Positions 54,401 to 63,776 are shown, counted from the stretch's first letter. The stretch: 64,000 nucleotides of DNA from Phoronis australis (GCA_002633005.1 NMRA01000068.1:602639-666638), one strand, 5' to 3'. Notes: generated by a model from the sequence alone, not told the origin. A program made the numbers and translations.

Positions 54401-57400
54401 CTGTGCAACGTTCACCCATTTGGCCTACGATACACCATAGAGTAACAGGGGAGTCTAGAAGTAAATTTCTATATCTAACTAAGCTATAAAGCAGTGAAGG
54501 AGCTCCCAAAAAGTAGTGTGGTGTGAATGCCTTAAAATCGACCAAGAAACAAAACGGCTGAAAATGTGTTTGTTATCTGCTATTTGGTAAGGTGCAGGCA
54601 TTTCCAATTTCGAATTGATTGTTGTTCACCCAATGTTCACTTGTGGATTGGTGGATTGACATGCCTACGCGTGTACACGTGTACGCGTTTCCATTCTTTT
54701 AAATTCAGTACACACCAATGGTAAGTTCGCCCTAGGCAATCCTCGGGCATTGCTCAAACAAAAACCAGACATTTAACTACTGTCTGTTCTTGCACTGAGG
54801 AAACTAGCATGTTCACAGTAATTAATATGGAAAAGTTGGTCTAGACCTAATGAAAGCTTTGGTTAATGAAGAAAGTATTCTCTTGTCGATCAGTATCAAT
54901 GGTACACAGGCTCGTAGACTCTATACATGCTACAAATTTGATGGAAAAGATTTCCAAAGTTACATGTCACTATTCCGAAGGTTCATTCTTCTGAAAGCTC
55001 GCAACCCCGAAGGTTCGTTATCTCTAAAGTTTACTACTTTGAATGTCCACAATTCCGAAACCAGAACTTTGATTATTCAGACCCTCCTTCCCTCTAATTA
55101 AACTGCGTCAAAGGCCTTACTGAAAACTATACAGTGTCGACCTTTGCAAAATATCAATGGTCCACCCTTCCAGAAATTTGAACCACTCCCTGCACAATAC
55201 TGGCTACGGGCCTGCAATGTGACATTTTTTAAGTTGACAAAACTGTCATGTTTAGATGAAGAAAAATAGAGCCCTTGCAATCAAAATCTAATCCTTGTGT
55301 TATCTATATTAATTATGCTATGTTATGTATATTAATTTTACACAATGTACTGACTGGTTAGGAGGTTTGCTACCTAATGGTATAGGCAACAGTGGTGATG
55401 GGTAAAATTGAAACTCTGGCCATTCTTCTGTTAGACCGGGCAGCAGCTGGACCCTGAGGAGAGGAAACGACAAGCACAACTGGTATCAGCAGGCCGTATC
55501 CTGACGCAGGAGGACTTCAGACAAATCAGGATTCAACAGCTGGCCAAAGAGATGGGTAGTGACAAGAAGAGCAGGAAGAGAAAGAAGGAGGTGACTGTGG
55601 AAGAGGAAGCAGAAGCTAGGTGAGTCTGGATATGGCTAGAGTCAGGAGTATTTTTGCACATCGTTGGCATCATGTTCATTATCAGCCGTCAGTCTTCGAC
55701 CAAGGTCTTCGCTTAACACGCACACACAAGGGTGAGGGGTGTGACTTTTCCTTTATTTTGGGGGAATAGCTTTTCCGGATTATATCTAGAGAATGGATAG
55801 ACAGATTTCAATGATACTTGACACAAGGTGTGTGATATCAATGCGTTGGATTAAATTTTCAGGTGGATTCCACCACTTCTGCACCTCCTAGTGGCCATTT
55901 TGTTCTCAGCGTGGCTCCTTTTAAGTTTTGTTTTGGGGAGAGGAGCGTTTCTGGGTGATATCTAAAGAATTGTTGGTCAGATTACATTGAAACTTGACAC
56001 AGAGGTATATTATAGGATTATGCCAGCACTGTTTGTTTTTTGGCTGTATTCGACTACTGTAATGCCTCGTAGTGGCCAAGTTGTGTGAGAGCATTTCTGG
56101 ATGATATCTAGAGAACGGAGTCGCAGATTTCTTGAAACCTGACACAAAGGTGTGTGGTATCAGTGCGCTGGCACCGTTAAATTTTCGGGCAGACTCAACT
56201 ACCATAGCACCTTCTAGTGGCTATTTGTTATTGAGGGCTTTTTAAGTGCTGCTTGGGAGAAGAGCATTTCCGAATGATATATAGAGATCTGGTGGTTAGA
56301 TTTCATTGAAAATTGTTACAAAGGTATAGATGAAATTGTGCCGGAATCATTTGATTTGCAGCCGGATTCAGCTACTGTATTGCTTCCCTGTAGCCATTTT
56401 TGTGAGTGCGTGGCAAAAATTGAACTACTAATTAAGAAAATGCTAAATGAGGAAATAAAAGGTAACATTGTAAACATGTTTAGAGTAAAGTATAGATTTG
56501 TTTCATGCCAGTTTTATGGCCTAAAGTGGATATAAAAAAGTGCGGAACTGTTCTGTCCACTTTGAAACTAAATAAGAAAGTGTCGTTTTGAAAAAAATAC
56601 ATTGAAACAGTATGCTTATACAGACAGAAATTGTAACCAATCACCGCTTGCTGTTGGCAAACGCAGGAAGCGACCCCTGTCGATAACTCTTATGGGATAG
56701 TAGTTAAGTGTTCCCATTTAGTAGTGAAGCGTCCATGCTCTAATGGTAAGTCCACCTCTTTACTTCATAGTTAACTTCGATCCTCCAAGACTGAAGTTAA
56801 GTGTTCAAATTGACCGAAGCTTTGGCAACATCAAACCAGGTGGAAAGACCTTTAAGACTTGAGCACTGTATGTGATTTGCACCATTGTGGTGCAAGTTTC
56901 TGCTTGGTCACAAAGTTGCAGAAAATCTGCTATTTTGGCTTATGGCTTTATCAGAGTTTAACTCAGCAAAATGGGCTCCCTGTATTTAGATTTGTGTCGC
57001 AAGTTGATGTCGTTATTAAGATTTGATTGTCTTACAGAGGTGAACTATTGTCACTGAATGACATAGAGCGTGTTAAGTATAGACCCAGACATGATAAAGA
57101 ATCGAGGTTGGCTACAGTAATGGTAAGCCTCTCTTCTTCTCTCATATGTCCTTATTTTTCATCGTCTGAAAATATTGGAAAATTGCTGACATTTCAATTT
57201 TGGGTTTTATTCTTGTAATTCAGATTGGTATTTTTCCGTTTACTAATTTCATGGGTGCTTTTAAGCATTAACAACCAATTTCACAAAAGTGGGTTTAAAG
57301 TTAAACCAGGTTTAAATTGGACTTAGACCAGGTTTTATAGATAATCTGTGTTTCATACGTGGTTTAACTTTAAGACCAGTGGTCTTGTAAAACCTGATTT

Positions 57401-60400
57401 AACTCCAGTTTGACCTGGTCTAGGTCAGTTTTCATTTCTCCAGATGAATGAGGTCTATGTTCCTTAGACCTGCACTATGATCTTAAGCCGGGTTGAACTT
57501 TAGACCTGGTCCCCTCTTGATATCCTAAATCTGGTACTGGATCCCTCACCGTTTTTCTATGCCATTTTTGCTCTGATGAAATTTTCTTTCTGCCCTTTGA
57601 CTTTGTCACAGGCAGTCTGGACCAATATCTCTCAAAGTCTGCTACTTATGTTGACTTGCTTTGGCATCAGTTTCTTGTTCTTTATAACATTTGCGTTTTC
57701 TCCGATCAATTTTGGGAGGCAACATTTTTACTTTCGAGAAAAGCTTTTGTACCTTGTTGGCTAGTGTCTGCACTGATTCTACTTCTGTGTGGCATTTATA
57801 CCCAGACGATCAAGGTTTCATTGAAGCACTTTAATAGCTTCTTTGTTGGGTTAATCCAAATAGACATAGTAGGGTGGCTTGGATACTTTAAACCTGGTTT
57901 TGCTAAATCCGCTCACTGGTCTAACAAAACCAGTTATTCAGACTTTTAAAACCAGGTTGGTGAAATGCAAATTAGGTCTAAAATTAGACAAGGTTTAGGA
58001 AGATGGGGTTTAAGTCTTAAACTTGGTTCTGTTTAACCACCTTTATGAAACAGGCTTTAAATGTCTTGTAAAGCAGCTATAAACCCGTTTTTAATCAGAT
58101 GTACTAACTTTCAACTTAAGCCACTTATCACCCTATTGTGTGTACATCCTGGCAACTCATTTTTCCAATATTATAATCAGTGACCTTGTCCATTGTGCAG
58201 GCAGGTCGTGAAGGTCGGGAGAAGTCTTGCACAAGTTTCACCAGCAAAAAGAAAGCTGGTCAGAGTATGAGCAATAAGGAGAAACAACACACCAAAACCT
58301 TCTCCATGGTCAAACACAAAGTCATGAAGTCAAAACATGGACGTTCATTCCGAGAGAAACAGGTTAGTCAGATGTCAAATGCTCTACGAGACTAGAGAAA
58401 TAATGACTTTTTCGAAAATGTGTTTTTTGATAGATGTATTGTGTTGAGTGCTGAGAATTTGACTTCCATGTAATGTCTCACTGAGAATTACAATGACATA
58501 ACATGTAGCTCTTTCATTGGTAAGGCTGTACACCAGTATGTAAGTACAAGTATGTATCAGTAGTAAACATATTAAGTAGTTGAAAATACCTGTGCAACTG
58601 AAATGCATCCATTTTGAAATGGAAAAAAGCCCGTTTTCGTGATGTTTAAAAATGGACTCTTTTGTGTATTTTCACACCGGTATTTACCATTTTGAGCCAG
58701 AAAGTTAGCAGAAATTTCCGCAAAGTGCTAAGTTTATGGTGTGGAAATACACTGGTGAAATTGAAATTTCAATTTTCAAGAAGAATAAGGAAATAAACTG
58801 GATTTTCACTGTCTTCTTAAAATAGACATAATTAGTGATTACAAATTAAAGTACAATAATTGGTCCTTACTTAATGACAAAGTTTCTCTTTTTGTAGTCA
58901 CGAATGGTTGCTGTAAATTAAGGGCACAACTATTTTGCCGATCTCTTACTAAAAATGTAAACATTTACTGTACTGATTTCTGCGACAATGCAGCTCATGT
59001 TTTGGTCTTGAAATGTGAGTTTACGCAGGTGAAACTATGACACACTTAAGGGAGAGATCCAGCTATATATGGTATTTATTAGAAACCATGAATATTGTAT
59101 CGTATCACTGATTCTTTAAGGTGTGCAGTATTGTAAAGTTTCTATAAAAAGAATTTAAGTTACGGAGTTTTCTGTAACAGGAGCATGGGCACTTATCAGG
59201 ACGAATACAGTAGTTGTAAATGCTGGGTAAAATGCAGCTATTTCAAGTTGCCAAAATCTTATTCTAAATTGTCTCAAATGTATGCAAAATTGGATAACTA
59301 GGCCGAGTGACATCAGCAAAATGAAAAACCAAGTTGCCGATCGCGGCCATCTTAAAAATTGCGACCATTTTGTTTTTTTTTTATGTGGCTAACATGTTTG
59401 TATGAAATCTACACCTTATCAGAAAAATGTGTGCCAAACTTGGTGCTTGTATCTTAAGTTTGAATGTTTTTTCACTTATCTGCTCCACAATTGGGAGGGT
59501 TGGCAAAACTACTATTCACATTTCTTTTGCCTGATTTTTATGCTCCTACATATTGATATATGGATGCATTATGCCGTCATTTCCGTCCGTCCGTCCGTCC
59601 GTCCATCCGGCGTCCACTGCTCTATCTCTAAAACCCCTTGGCGTATGTTCATGAAATTTTGCATGTGTTCCTTCCGTGGATGGGACGGCATGAGTGAATT
59701 TTCGGATGGTTCCGACTACCGGTGTTCCCCCTAACGGCAATTTTAGTTTTTTACGTGTACCTCTGTATCTTCATAAATCCTTAAAGGATTTTCATAAAAT
59801 TTGGTATAAGGGCACCAATTATTGAGATGACCCTGTCCTCTTTTCGGATGGATTCGACGTAGTTTGCATCACCTAGTGGTCATTTTTACTTTTTTCAAGA
59901 CTGTTTTTGGCGTCCACCGCTCTATCAAGCAAACCGCTCAAAGGATGATTGTGAAAATTGGCATGTATGTTCTTACTATAAAGAGGACGGCTGACGATGA
60001 TTTTTCCACTGACTTTGACTGCTGTGGCGCCTCCTAGTGGTAGTTTTTTTGTTGAGCCTATGGCTGTAGCTCCTAAACCGTTCGCAGGATCTTAACTAAA
60101 TTTAGTAGGTGTATTTATATGATGTTAACTACGGACGAAGACGACTTTCAGACAGATCTGACTACTGGTGTGCCACCTACTGGCAATTTTATTTTTTTAC
60201 GCTTACTTCTGTATCTTTAAAGGTCCTCAAGGTAGTTTCATAAAGTTTGGCATACGGGCATCTGTTAATGGGGTGACGTTATCTTACCTCTTTCAGAGGG
60301 ATTCAATCTAGTTTGCGCCACCTGGTGGCCATTTTTATGCTCCCACATATTTATATGTGGACGGATTATTACTGTTTTGGAGTCTGTTTTTTGGCATCCA

Positions 60401-61829
60401 CCCGTCTATCGACCAAACCGCTTTCAGGATAATTGTGAAAATTTGCATGTGTGTTTTTACTATGAAGTGGACAGCTGACGATGATTTCCCGATAACTTTG
60501 ACTATTGTGGCGCCTCCTAGTTGCAGTTTCGTTTTTTTCACGCTCATGGTTGTATATCCTAAACCGTTTGTACAATCTTTAGTAAGTTTAGCAAGTCTTA
60601 TTTGTGTGATGTTGACAACGGACGACTACGACTTTCGGATGGATCTGACAATTTTAGTTTAACATTTACCTCTCTGTCTTCAAATGTCCTCAACAGATTT
60701 TCATGCAATTTTGAATGTAAGCATCTATAGATGAGATTACACTATCCTCCTGTTTTTTGATGGAATAGAGGTATTTTGCGCCATCATTCTAGGGATGGTT
60801 TTGAAACTTGGTGTATACATTCTCACTGTGAAGAGGACGTTTGATGATGGCGACTTTGATTACTGTGGCGCCTCCTAGTGGTAATTTTGCTTTGTTTTGT
60901 GCCCATAGCTGTATCTCCTAAACTCACTGCAGGGTCTTTATATTAAATTTTAGTGTATTTATATGAGGCTAACAACAGACAATGACGACTTTCAGGCGGA
61001 TCCAACGAATGCTGTATCCCCAAGTGGTAATTTCATTTTATTTTGTTTCCTTTGTTTCTCTGGAGTTCCTTGACAGATTTTTATGAAATATGGTGAATAG
61101 TTCTCTATGAAAGAATCGATTTGTTCTCGTTCTCTGATGGATTGTACATTTTGCGCCATCTAGTGGCCATTTTTATGATACAAATATACCCTAATAGCAC
61201 ACCATTTGCGATGTATTTGTGGGCGCATTTCAACGCTCTGCGTTGCTCTTGTTTAAATTTTATCCAGTGCACTGCAGTCAGAAACTAAGTGCAAGAGATG
61301 GCATTGCTGAACGCGCAAATACTGAAGCCGTCGTGGTTCTCGAAGTTTGTGAACGTTGGAAGAAAATAAAGTGACAATGTGTTCCAATATTATATTTTGA
61401 AATAAATCCATCACCCTAGAAAATAATTGTTACTTGTAATATAATTCACATTGCCAAACCAGTTTCTGAACCCGTCGTTTCACGCATTGTTATCGTCTAT
61501 CTTTATATCTAATAATTCGAACACTTGACTTTTTCTGTAGTAGTTCGTATGGCCATTTTTGTCTCTATTAATTGGGACATGAAGCTCTCAAGGGAAAAAT
61601 AGTTCCTACAGTAATGCACGAACTACCTGTTAGAGAAAACACCTTATGTAACCTTTTCCTTCCAAATCAAATGTACATGCTATTGTTCTGAATAAAATGT
61701 TGTGTCACAGTGTGTAACTGCATTTTTCCCACTAGTTATAGTGATGCACCCTTTTACTGTTAGTTGCCATCTTTTTTACAGATTGCCCTCAAGAATGCTC
61801 TTCTAAAGAGGCAGAAATCAAAGCGCTAA
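12326..61829 (+). CDS. SDAD1: SDAD1 / protein SDA1 homolog (60S ribosomal subunit biogenesis), spliced, 18 visible coding exons, 5' exons missing
   Basis: Exons join in frame to 1866 nt (621 aa + stop). Conserved SDA1 motifs: [120 protein letters not shown]. All introns are GT-AG. Confidence 0.97.
12701..12883 (+). CDS. SDAD1: SDAD1 exon ([12 protein letters not shown]...KHKNLKLNT)
   Basis: tctag|ACATTG...AACACG|gtaggt, 183 nt. Confidence 0.96.
12917..14836 (+). mobile_element. Helentron/HINE-like non-autonomous element with internal tandem repeats
   Basis: TTTT start, CCCACATATTTATATGTGG hairpin, (CCGT)n-like tract, repeats, 3' GTGGGYGCAT subTIR and CAACGC..GCGTTG hairpin. Confidence 0.8.
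13181..14210. mobile_element. hAT-type MITE nested in the Helentron-like copy
   Basis: 8-bp TSD CTTCAAAG at 13173-80 and 14211-18; termini CAGGGCTT...AAGGCCTG. Confidence 0.85.
15149..15215 (+). mobile_element. tRNA-derived SINE head
   Basis: Pol III A-box-like TGGCCTAGTGC and B-box-like GGTTCGAGTGC. Confidence 0.55.
15384..16693 (+). mobile_element. Helentron/HINE-like element copy
   Basis: Same termini and internal repeat units as 12917-14836. Confidence 0.8.
17138..17203 (+). CDS. SDAD1: SDAD1 exon ([22 protein letters not shown])
   Basis: ttcag|ACACTA...TCGCTG|gtaggt, 66 nt. Confidence 0.95.
17237..19101 (-). mobile_element. non-autonomous Helitron carrying a tandem array
   Basis: Minus strand: A|TCTATAATATAAAA start at 19101; 3' hairpin ACCCATGC-AAAA-GCACGGGT then CTAG|T at 17237. 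Confidence 0.6.
17660..18478. repeat. ~117-bp tandem repeat, about 6 diverged units
   Basis: Recurrent GGCTCACAACTTGAGAGAC...GCATTTCAACTAATT...CGCTGCGCCACCTGC...ACATGACG. Confidence 0.9.
20182..20274 (+). CDS. SDAD1: SDAD1 exon ([31 protein letters not shown])
   Basis: aacag|GATGTG...ACCAAA|gtgagt, 93 nt. Confidence 0.96.
20524..20595 (+). CDS. SDAD1: SDAD1 exon ([24 protein letters not shown])
   Basis: ctcag|ATTCTG...GATGAG|gtactt, 72 nt. Confidence 0.93.
22260..24487 (+). mobile_element. Helentron/HINE-like copy with two unrelated insertions (~22302-23362 and ~23781-24045)
   Basis: 5' hairpin at 22268, body resumes at 23363, 3' end GTTGCTCTTGTT at 24487. Confidence 0.75.
24690..26082. 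mobile_element. degenerate TIR MITE (Tc1/pogo-like) containing a Kolobok-type left end
   Basis: Imperfect TIR CCATAAACGTTCGGGTTTACGCC / GGCGTTTACCCGAACATGTACAG|TA. Confidence 0.45.
24781..25030 (+). mobile_element. left end of the Kolobok-type family seen at 42931
   Basis: TTAA|AGGAGAATGC...; about 250 bp homologous to 42931-43175. Confidence 0.75.
26530..27560 (+). mobile_element. old, diverged Helentron/HINE-like copy
   Basis: Degenerate GCACCCAGACATG..ATGTGGG hairpin and repeat units. Confidence 0.55.
27643..27744 (+). CDS. SDAD1: SDAD1 exon ([34 protein letters not shown])
   Basis: tttag|GACGAC...TTAAAG|gtaaac, 102 nt. Confidence 0.93.
30305..33208 (+). mobile_element. Helentron/HINE-like copy interrupted by ~1.7 kb of other sequence (~30515-32210)
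   Basis: 5' CACCCACATATTTATATGTGGGTG hairpin at ~30315; 3' GTGGGCGCATTTCAATGC..GCATTGCTCTTGT at 33208. Confidence 0.65.
33505..35011 (+). mobile_element. Helentron/HINE-like element, full-length
   Basis: subTIR ATGCGCCCAC (33510-19) / GTGGGCGCAT (34977-86), 5' hairpin, CCGT microsatellite, tandem units, 3' hairpin, T-rich flanks. Confidence 0.85.
35480..35549 (+). CDS. SDAD1: SDAD1 exon ([23 protein letters not shown])
   Basis: tccag|AAACAC...CTCAAG|gtaagc, 70 nt, ends phase 1. Confidence 0.95.
35591..37188. mobile_element. Tc1/mariner(pogo)-type MITE, TA TSD
   Basis: TA|CCGTATTTGCCCTAATAAGTGCCC ... GGGCGCTTATTAGGGCGAATATGG|TA. Confidence 0.85.
36078..36156 (-). mobile_element. tRNA-derived SINE head or tRNA pseudogene
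   Basis: Minus strand TAGCTCAGTGGTGAGAGC (D arm), CTAGA-CCGGCAA-TCTTG, GGTTTGATTCC (B box); stems imperfect. Confidence 0.65.
37405..38472. mobile_element. Kolobok-type MITE, TTAA TSD
   Basis: TTAA|AGAGGCATGGAATGC ... GCGTTCCAGGCCTCT|TTAA. Confidence 0.8.
37553..38135. mobile_element. hAT-type MITE nested in the Kolobok MITE
   Basis: 8-bp TSD GTGGTTAC at 37545-52 and 38136-43; CAG...CTG termini with CpG-decayed TIRs. Confidence 0.8.
39000..39567 (+). mobile_element. short Helentron/HINE-like copy
   Basis: GCCCACATGTTTACATGTGGG hairpin; 3' GTGGGCGCATTTCAATGCGTTG. Confidence 0.75.
39996..40099 (+). CDS. SDAD1: SDAD1 exon ([35 protein letters not shown])
   Basis: tgtag|ACTTTG...CACCAG|gtaggt, 104 nt. 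Confidence 0.96.
40978..42240 (-). mobile_element. L2/CR1-group LINE 3' fragment split by a solo LTR
   Basis: Minus strand [11 protein letters not shown]...[26 protein letters not shown]|EHHV; (AAT)n tail at ~40978-90. Confidence 0.7.
41043..41902 (-). mobile_element. solo LTR (Gypsy-like), 860 bp
   Basis: TGTGGTGTAATG...CATTATATCACA terminal inverted repeat; 4-bp TSD AGTC (41039-42, 41903-06); minus-strand AATAAA near 41480. Confidence 0.8.
42774..42831 (+). CDS. SDAD1: SDAD1 exon ([19 protein letters not shown])
   Basis: ttcag|CTGTTC...AGAGAG|gtaagt, 58 nt. Confidence 0.96.
43726..43893. repeat. perfect 84-bp tandem duplication
   Basis: 43726-43809 is identical to 43810-43893. Confidence 0.95.
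44225..44515 (-). pseudogene. THAP domain remnant of Kolobok transposase
   Basis: CIVPACPN...GIKFFRLP...RKWLAVVKN...[13 protein letters not shown]. Confidence 0.85.
44911..44969 (+). CDS. SDAD1: SDAD1 exon ([20 protein letters not shown])
   Basis: ttcag|AGGTTA...CCAGAT|gtaagt, 59 nt. Confidence 0.96.
45257..45360 (+). mobile_element. left end of the 35591-family MITE
   Basis: TA|CAGTATTCACCCTAATAAGCACCCATGCCCCTATAAGC. Confidence 0.7.
45830..45905 (-). mobile_element. tRNA-derived SINE head
   Basis: Minus strand TGGCCTAGTGG ... GGTTCAAGGTCC. Confidence 0.55.
47070..47319 (-). pseudogene. decayed Myb/SANT-like (trihelix) DNA-binding domain, probably the PIF/Harbinger accessory gene
   Basis: [43 protein letters not shown].../NGQQCNVRI with stops and frameshifts. 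Confidence 0.65.
47742..47818 (+). CDS. SDAD1: SDAD1 exon ([26 protein letters not shown])
   Basis: ttcag|ATAATT...TGTGGG|gtaagg, 77 nt, ends phase 2. Confidence 0.96.
48100..48293 (-). mobile_element. left end of the 35591-family MITE, reverse orientation
   Basis: Reverse complement matches 35591-35765; ends GGGCAAATATGG|TA. Confidence 0.8.
49234..49408 (+). CDS. SDAD1: SDAD1 exon ([23 protein letters not shown]...LLHKKDR)
   Basis: tctag|CTTGAA...GACAGG|gtgggc, 175 nt. Confidence 0.96.
49938..50067 (+). CDS. SDAD1: SDAD1 exon ([30 protein letters not shown]...KSE)
   Basis: gacag|GGCAAG...GCGAAG|gtgagt, 130 nt. Confidence 0.95.
50235..51633 (+). mobile_element. Helentron/HINE-like element, full-length
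   Basis: Same termini and repeat units as 33505-35011. Confidence 0.85.
51795..52090 (+). mobile_element. Helentron/HINE-like 5' fragment
   Basis: ACCCACATATTTTTTGTGGGT hairpin, CCGT tract, partial unit. Confidence 0.7.
53075..53204 (-). mobile_element. Kolobok-type (42931 family) left-end fragment, reversed
   Basis: ...GGTGGCATTCTCCT|TTAC; reverse complement matches 42931-43070. Confidence 0.7.
53431..53528 (+). CDS. SDAD1: SDAD1 exon ([33 protein letters not shown])
   Basis: ttcag|ATGGTT...GACCAG|gtaatt, 98 nt. Confidence 0.95.
53662..55214. mobile_element. TIR element with 5-bp TSD (hAT5-like)
   Basis: CAATG|CAGGCCCATAGCCAG ... CTGGCTACGGGCCTG|CAATG. Confidence 0.75.
54024..54430. mobile_element. 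foldback MITE with internal inverted ~22-bp minisatellite, TA TSD
   Basis: TA|TCGTTGACCAAATGGGTGAACGTT ... AACGTTCACCCATTTGGCCTACGA|TA; GTAAAGTAATT repeats on the left, AATTACTTTAC on the right. Confidence 0.8.
55435..55619 (+). CDS. SDAD1: SDAD1 exon ([32 protein letters not shown]...EEEAEA)
   Basis: gttag|ACCGGG...AGCTAG|gtgagt, 185 nt. Confidence 0.94.
55790..56410 (+). repeat. diverged tandem units related to the Helentron-like repeats
   Basis: Recurring ATATCTAGAGAA..GATTTC..GAAACTTGACACA..TAGTGGCC. Confidence 0.55.
57038..57122 (+). CDS. SDAD1: SDAD1 exon ([29 protein letters not shown])
   Basis: tacag|AGGTGA...GTAATG|gtaagc, 85 nt. Confidence 0.95.
57274..58054. mobile_element. degenerate MITE with AAACCAGG/AGACCAGG subterminal repeats (Harbinger-like)
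   Basis: Imperfect TIR TTTCACAAAAGTGG / CCACCTTTATGAAA; mirrored internal motifs. Confidence 0.45.
58201..58362 (+). CDS. SDAD1: SDAD1 exon (AGREGREK...[10 protein letters not shown])
   Basis: tgcag|GCAGGT...AAACAG|gttagt, 162 nt. Confidence 0.94.
59535..61252 (+). mobile_element. Helentron/HINE-like element, full-length
   Basis: 5' hairpin, (CCGT)5, tandem units, GTGGGCGCATTTCAACGCTCTGCGTTGCTCTTGTTT end. Confidence 0.85.
61782..61829 (+). CDS. SDAD1: SDAD1 last coding exon ([15 protein letters not shown])
   Basis: ttttttacag|ATTGCC...CGCTAA; resembles the conserved SDA1 C-terminus (..AL..ALLK). Confidence 0.92.
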   Translation: MALKNALLKRQKSKR

Positions 61830-62374
61830 ATCATCTGGGTGACGTTGATCTATTTTTATGTCTGCATTCAAGTTGTTTCTACTTTAGTCAGATCGCATTG
61901 TGCTCTGTGAACGTCACATACATCTATGGTTTATACTCGGGTAGTTGATGCATTATCTGAAGATGGAAACTTTGGATTTTGTTCCTATTTGGCCCCAATG
62001 TGTAGCTCAGGCATCTCCAGCTAACGCTCAAATTTGGTGACTTGTCCTACATCAGCGTTCAAGGTCACAGCAAGAAAATCAGATTTAACTTGAATTGTTG
62101 AATGTGATATCTCAAGAATGGAGCTTTTGATTTTGCCCACATTTTACTGAGGTGTTCATGGGGGCAACTCCAGGCACCAATCAAATTTGGTGACCTAGAC
62201 ATCATTTCCAGGCCACAGTGAGAAAATATGGTTTGTGAAAATGTTTTTATTAGAAACTGTTTTTGTTTAATATGGTAGAAGCTTTGTTTTGTTTGTATTT
62301 TGTATAAACAAGTAGATGCGGCTTATAGTGTTGACACAGGTGGAGATGTCATCTTGATGACTATGATGGTAATG

Positions 62375-62380
62375 AATAAA
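62375..62380 (+). promoter_or_regulatory. candidate polyadenylation signal AATAAA for SDAD1
   Basis: AATAAA about 550 nt after the stop codon; cleavage site not verifiable. Confidence 0.35.
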
Positions 62381-63776
62381 AAGTAAAGAAAATTGCACAT
62401 TCTTCATTAAAATGGCAGTGATCGGAGAGGATGTTCCGATGCAAGCAGAAAATGGCGGACTGTGATGATTTTTAGCCATGTCAACACCTTTGCGAACCAA
62501 GTTTTCTCTCAACAGCAAATATTCTGTTTCTGCAGTGTTAAATAGCCATGTGGCCAATATGTTATTGATACTGTGCAAATACAGGGCAACTATATAAGAA
62601 CAAAACAGTTAACAATAGTAGAAAAATGCACACCGAAATCACAACCACAACTTTTACGATTCACATTTCTTGAACATATCCCCAATTTAGCACCAATTTG
62701 TCTAAAATAGACCACAAACTATATCTGCATTTACACTTCCATCAGTCATGCCAGTTTGTTTATGTAAAGCGCTACCTGTTGACGATTCGACCAGCCAATC
62801 AGAAACGTCAGTGTAAAAAATTTCCTGAGTAAAATTAAATGATACCTGCGTGTCCTCTAACCCCACGTGGACACGCAGGACACCATTGAGAGAAAGAATG
62901 TCTCTGCGAAAATGGTTCACTGCCGTCATTTTTCTCAGTAGATGGCGCTTTTGTAAACATGGTGGTTCACAATTCCTGTCTTGGGCAGTATCCTGTCAGC
63001 AGATGAACAGCCAGAATGTCTTCATTGTTTAGAACAGATACCAGGCAATCCGGCTTGTGTTTTAATCCAAAATCTAGCAGTAACAATTCACAGACTTTCT
63101 TGATTGTCTCTATGTTGCGACTGATCATCAAACGAAGGCCTGTGATAATGTCATGAACGTCGGGTTTTCCTCAACGGATTCCCCAACATCTGATGTCAAG
63201 GGAAATAACTTTGATAATTAGCTGATATTTGAATGAGTTCAAAAATAAAATGATTAATTTGGACAAAACAATTTATTTAGAAAAGTTTATCAACAATGAT
63301 CAATATCATGACATGACATTCTAGGAATTAAGCTGTGTCAAGGACAGTGACAGAAGTCTTGTCAGGTCTCACTTAATCACTCCTTCAAGACAAGTTATGG
63401 TAAAGCAAATATGCCATATGTATAAAAGTACACGTTAGTGTTGTCTCATGGGCACAAATGGGATCGCCCCGAAATTCGTCTGCTCAGCTAAATCTCATTA
63501 AAATCCTGCAAGACACAAGACACTGCAGCGTGGGATGCCATACAGAGATGATGGGCGCATAAAAAGGTTGCCCTTGTTTTCCCCACCCTGTCCTCACTCC
63601 TCTGACATAGTTACGTAAAGAATTTATTCATTATGTTTGGCTTGATAGGCGCAACTCATTTCATTGCTGAATACAACAGTGTCCAATGCAACTTACGATT
63701 ATAAAGCGATATTAGTATGTCACTAGAATCATATAGACCGGAATCTTCAATGAACTGTAGGTTTTTCAAAAACATG

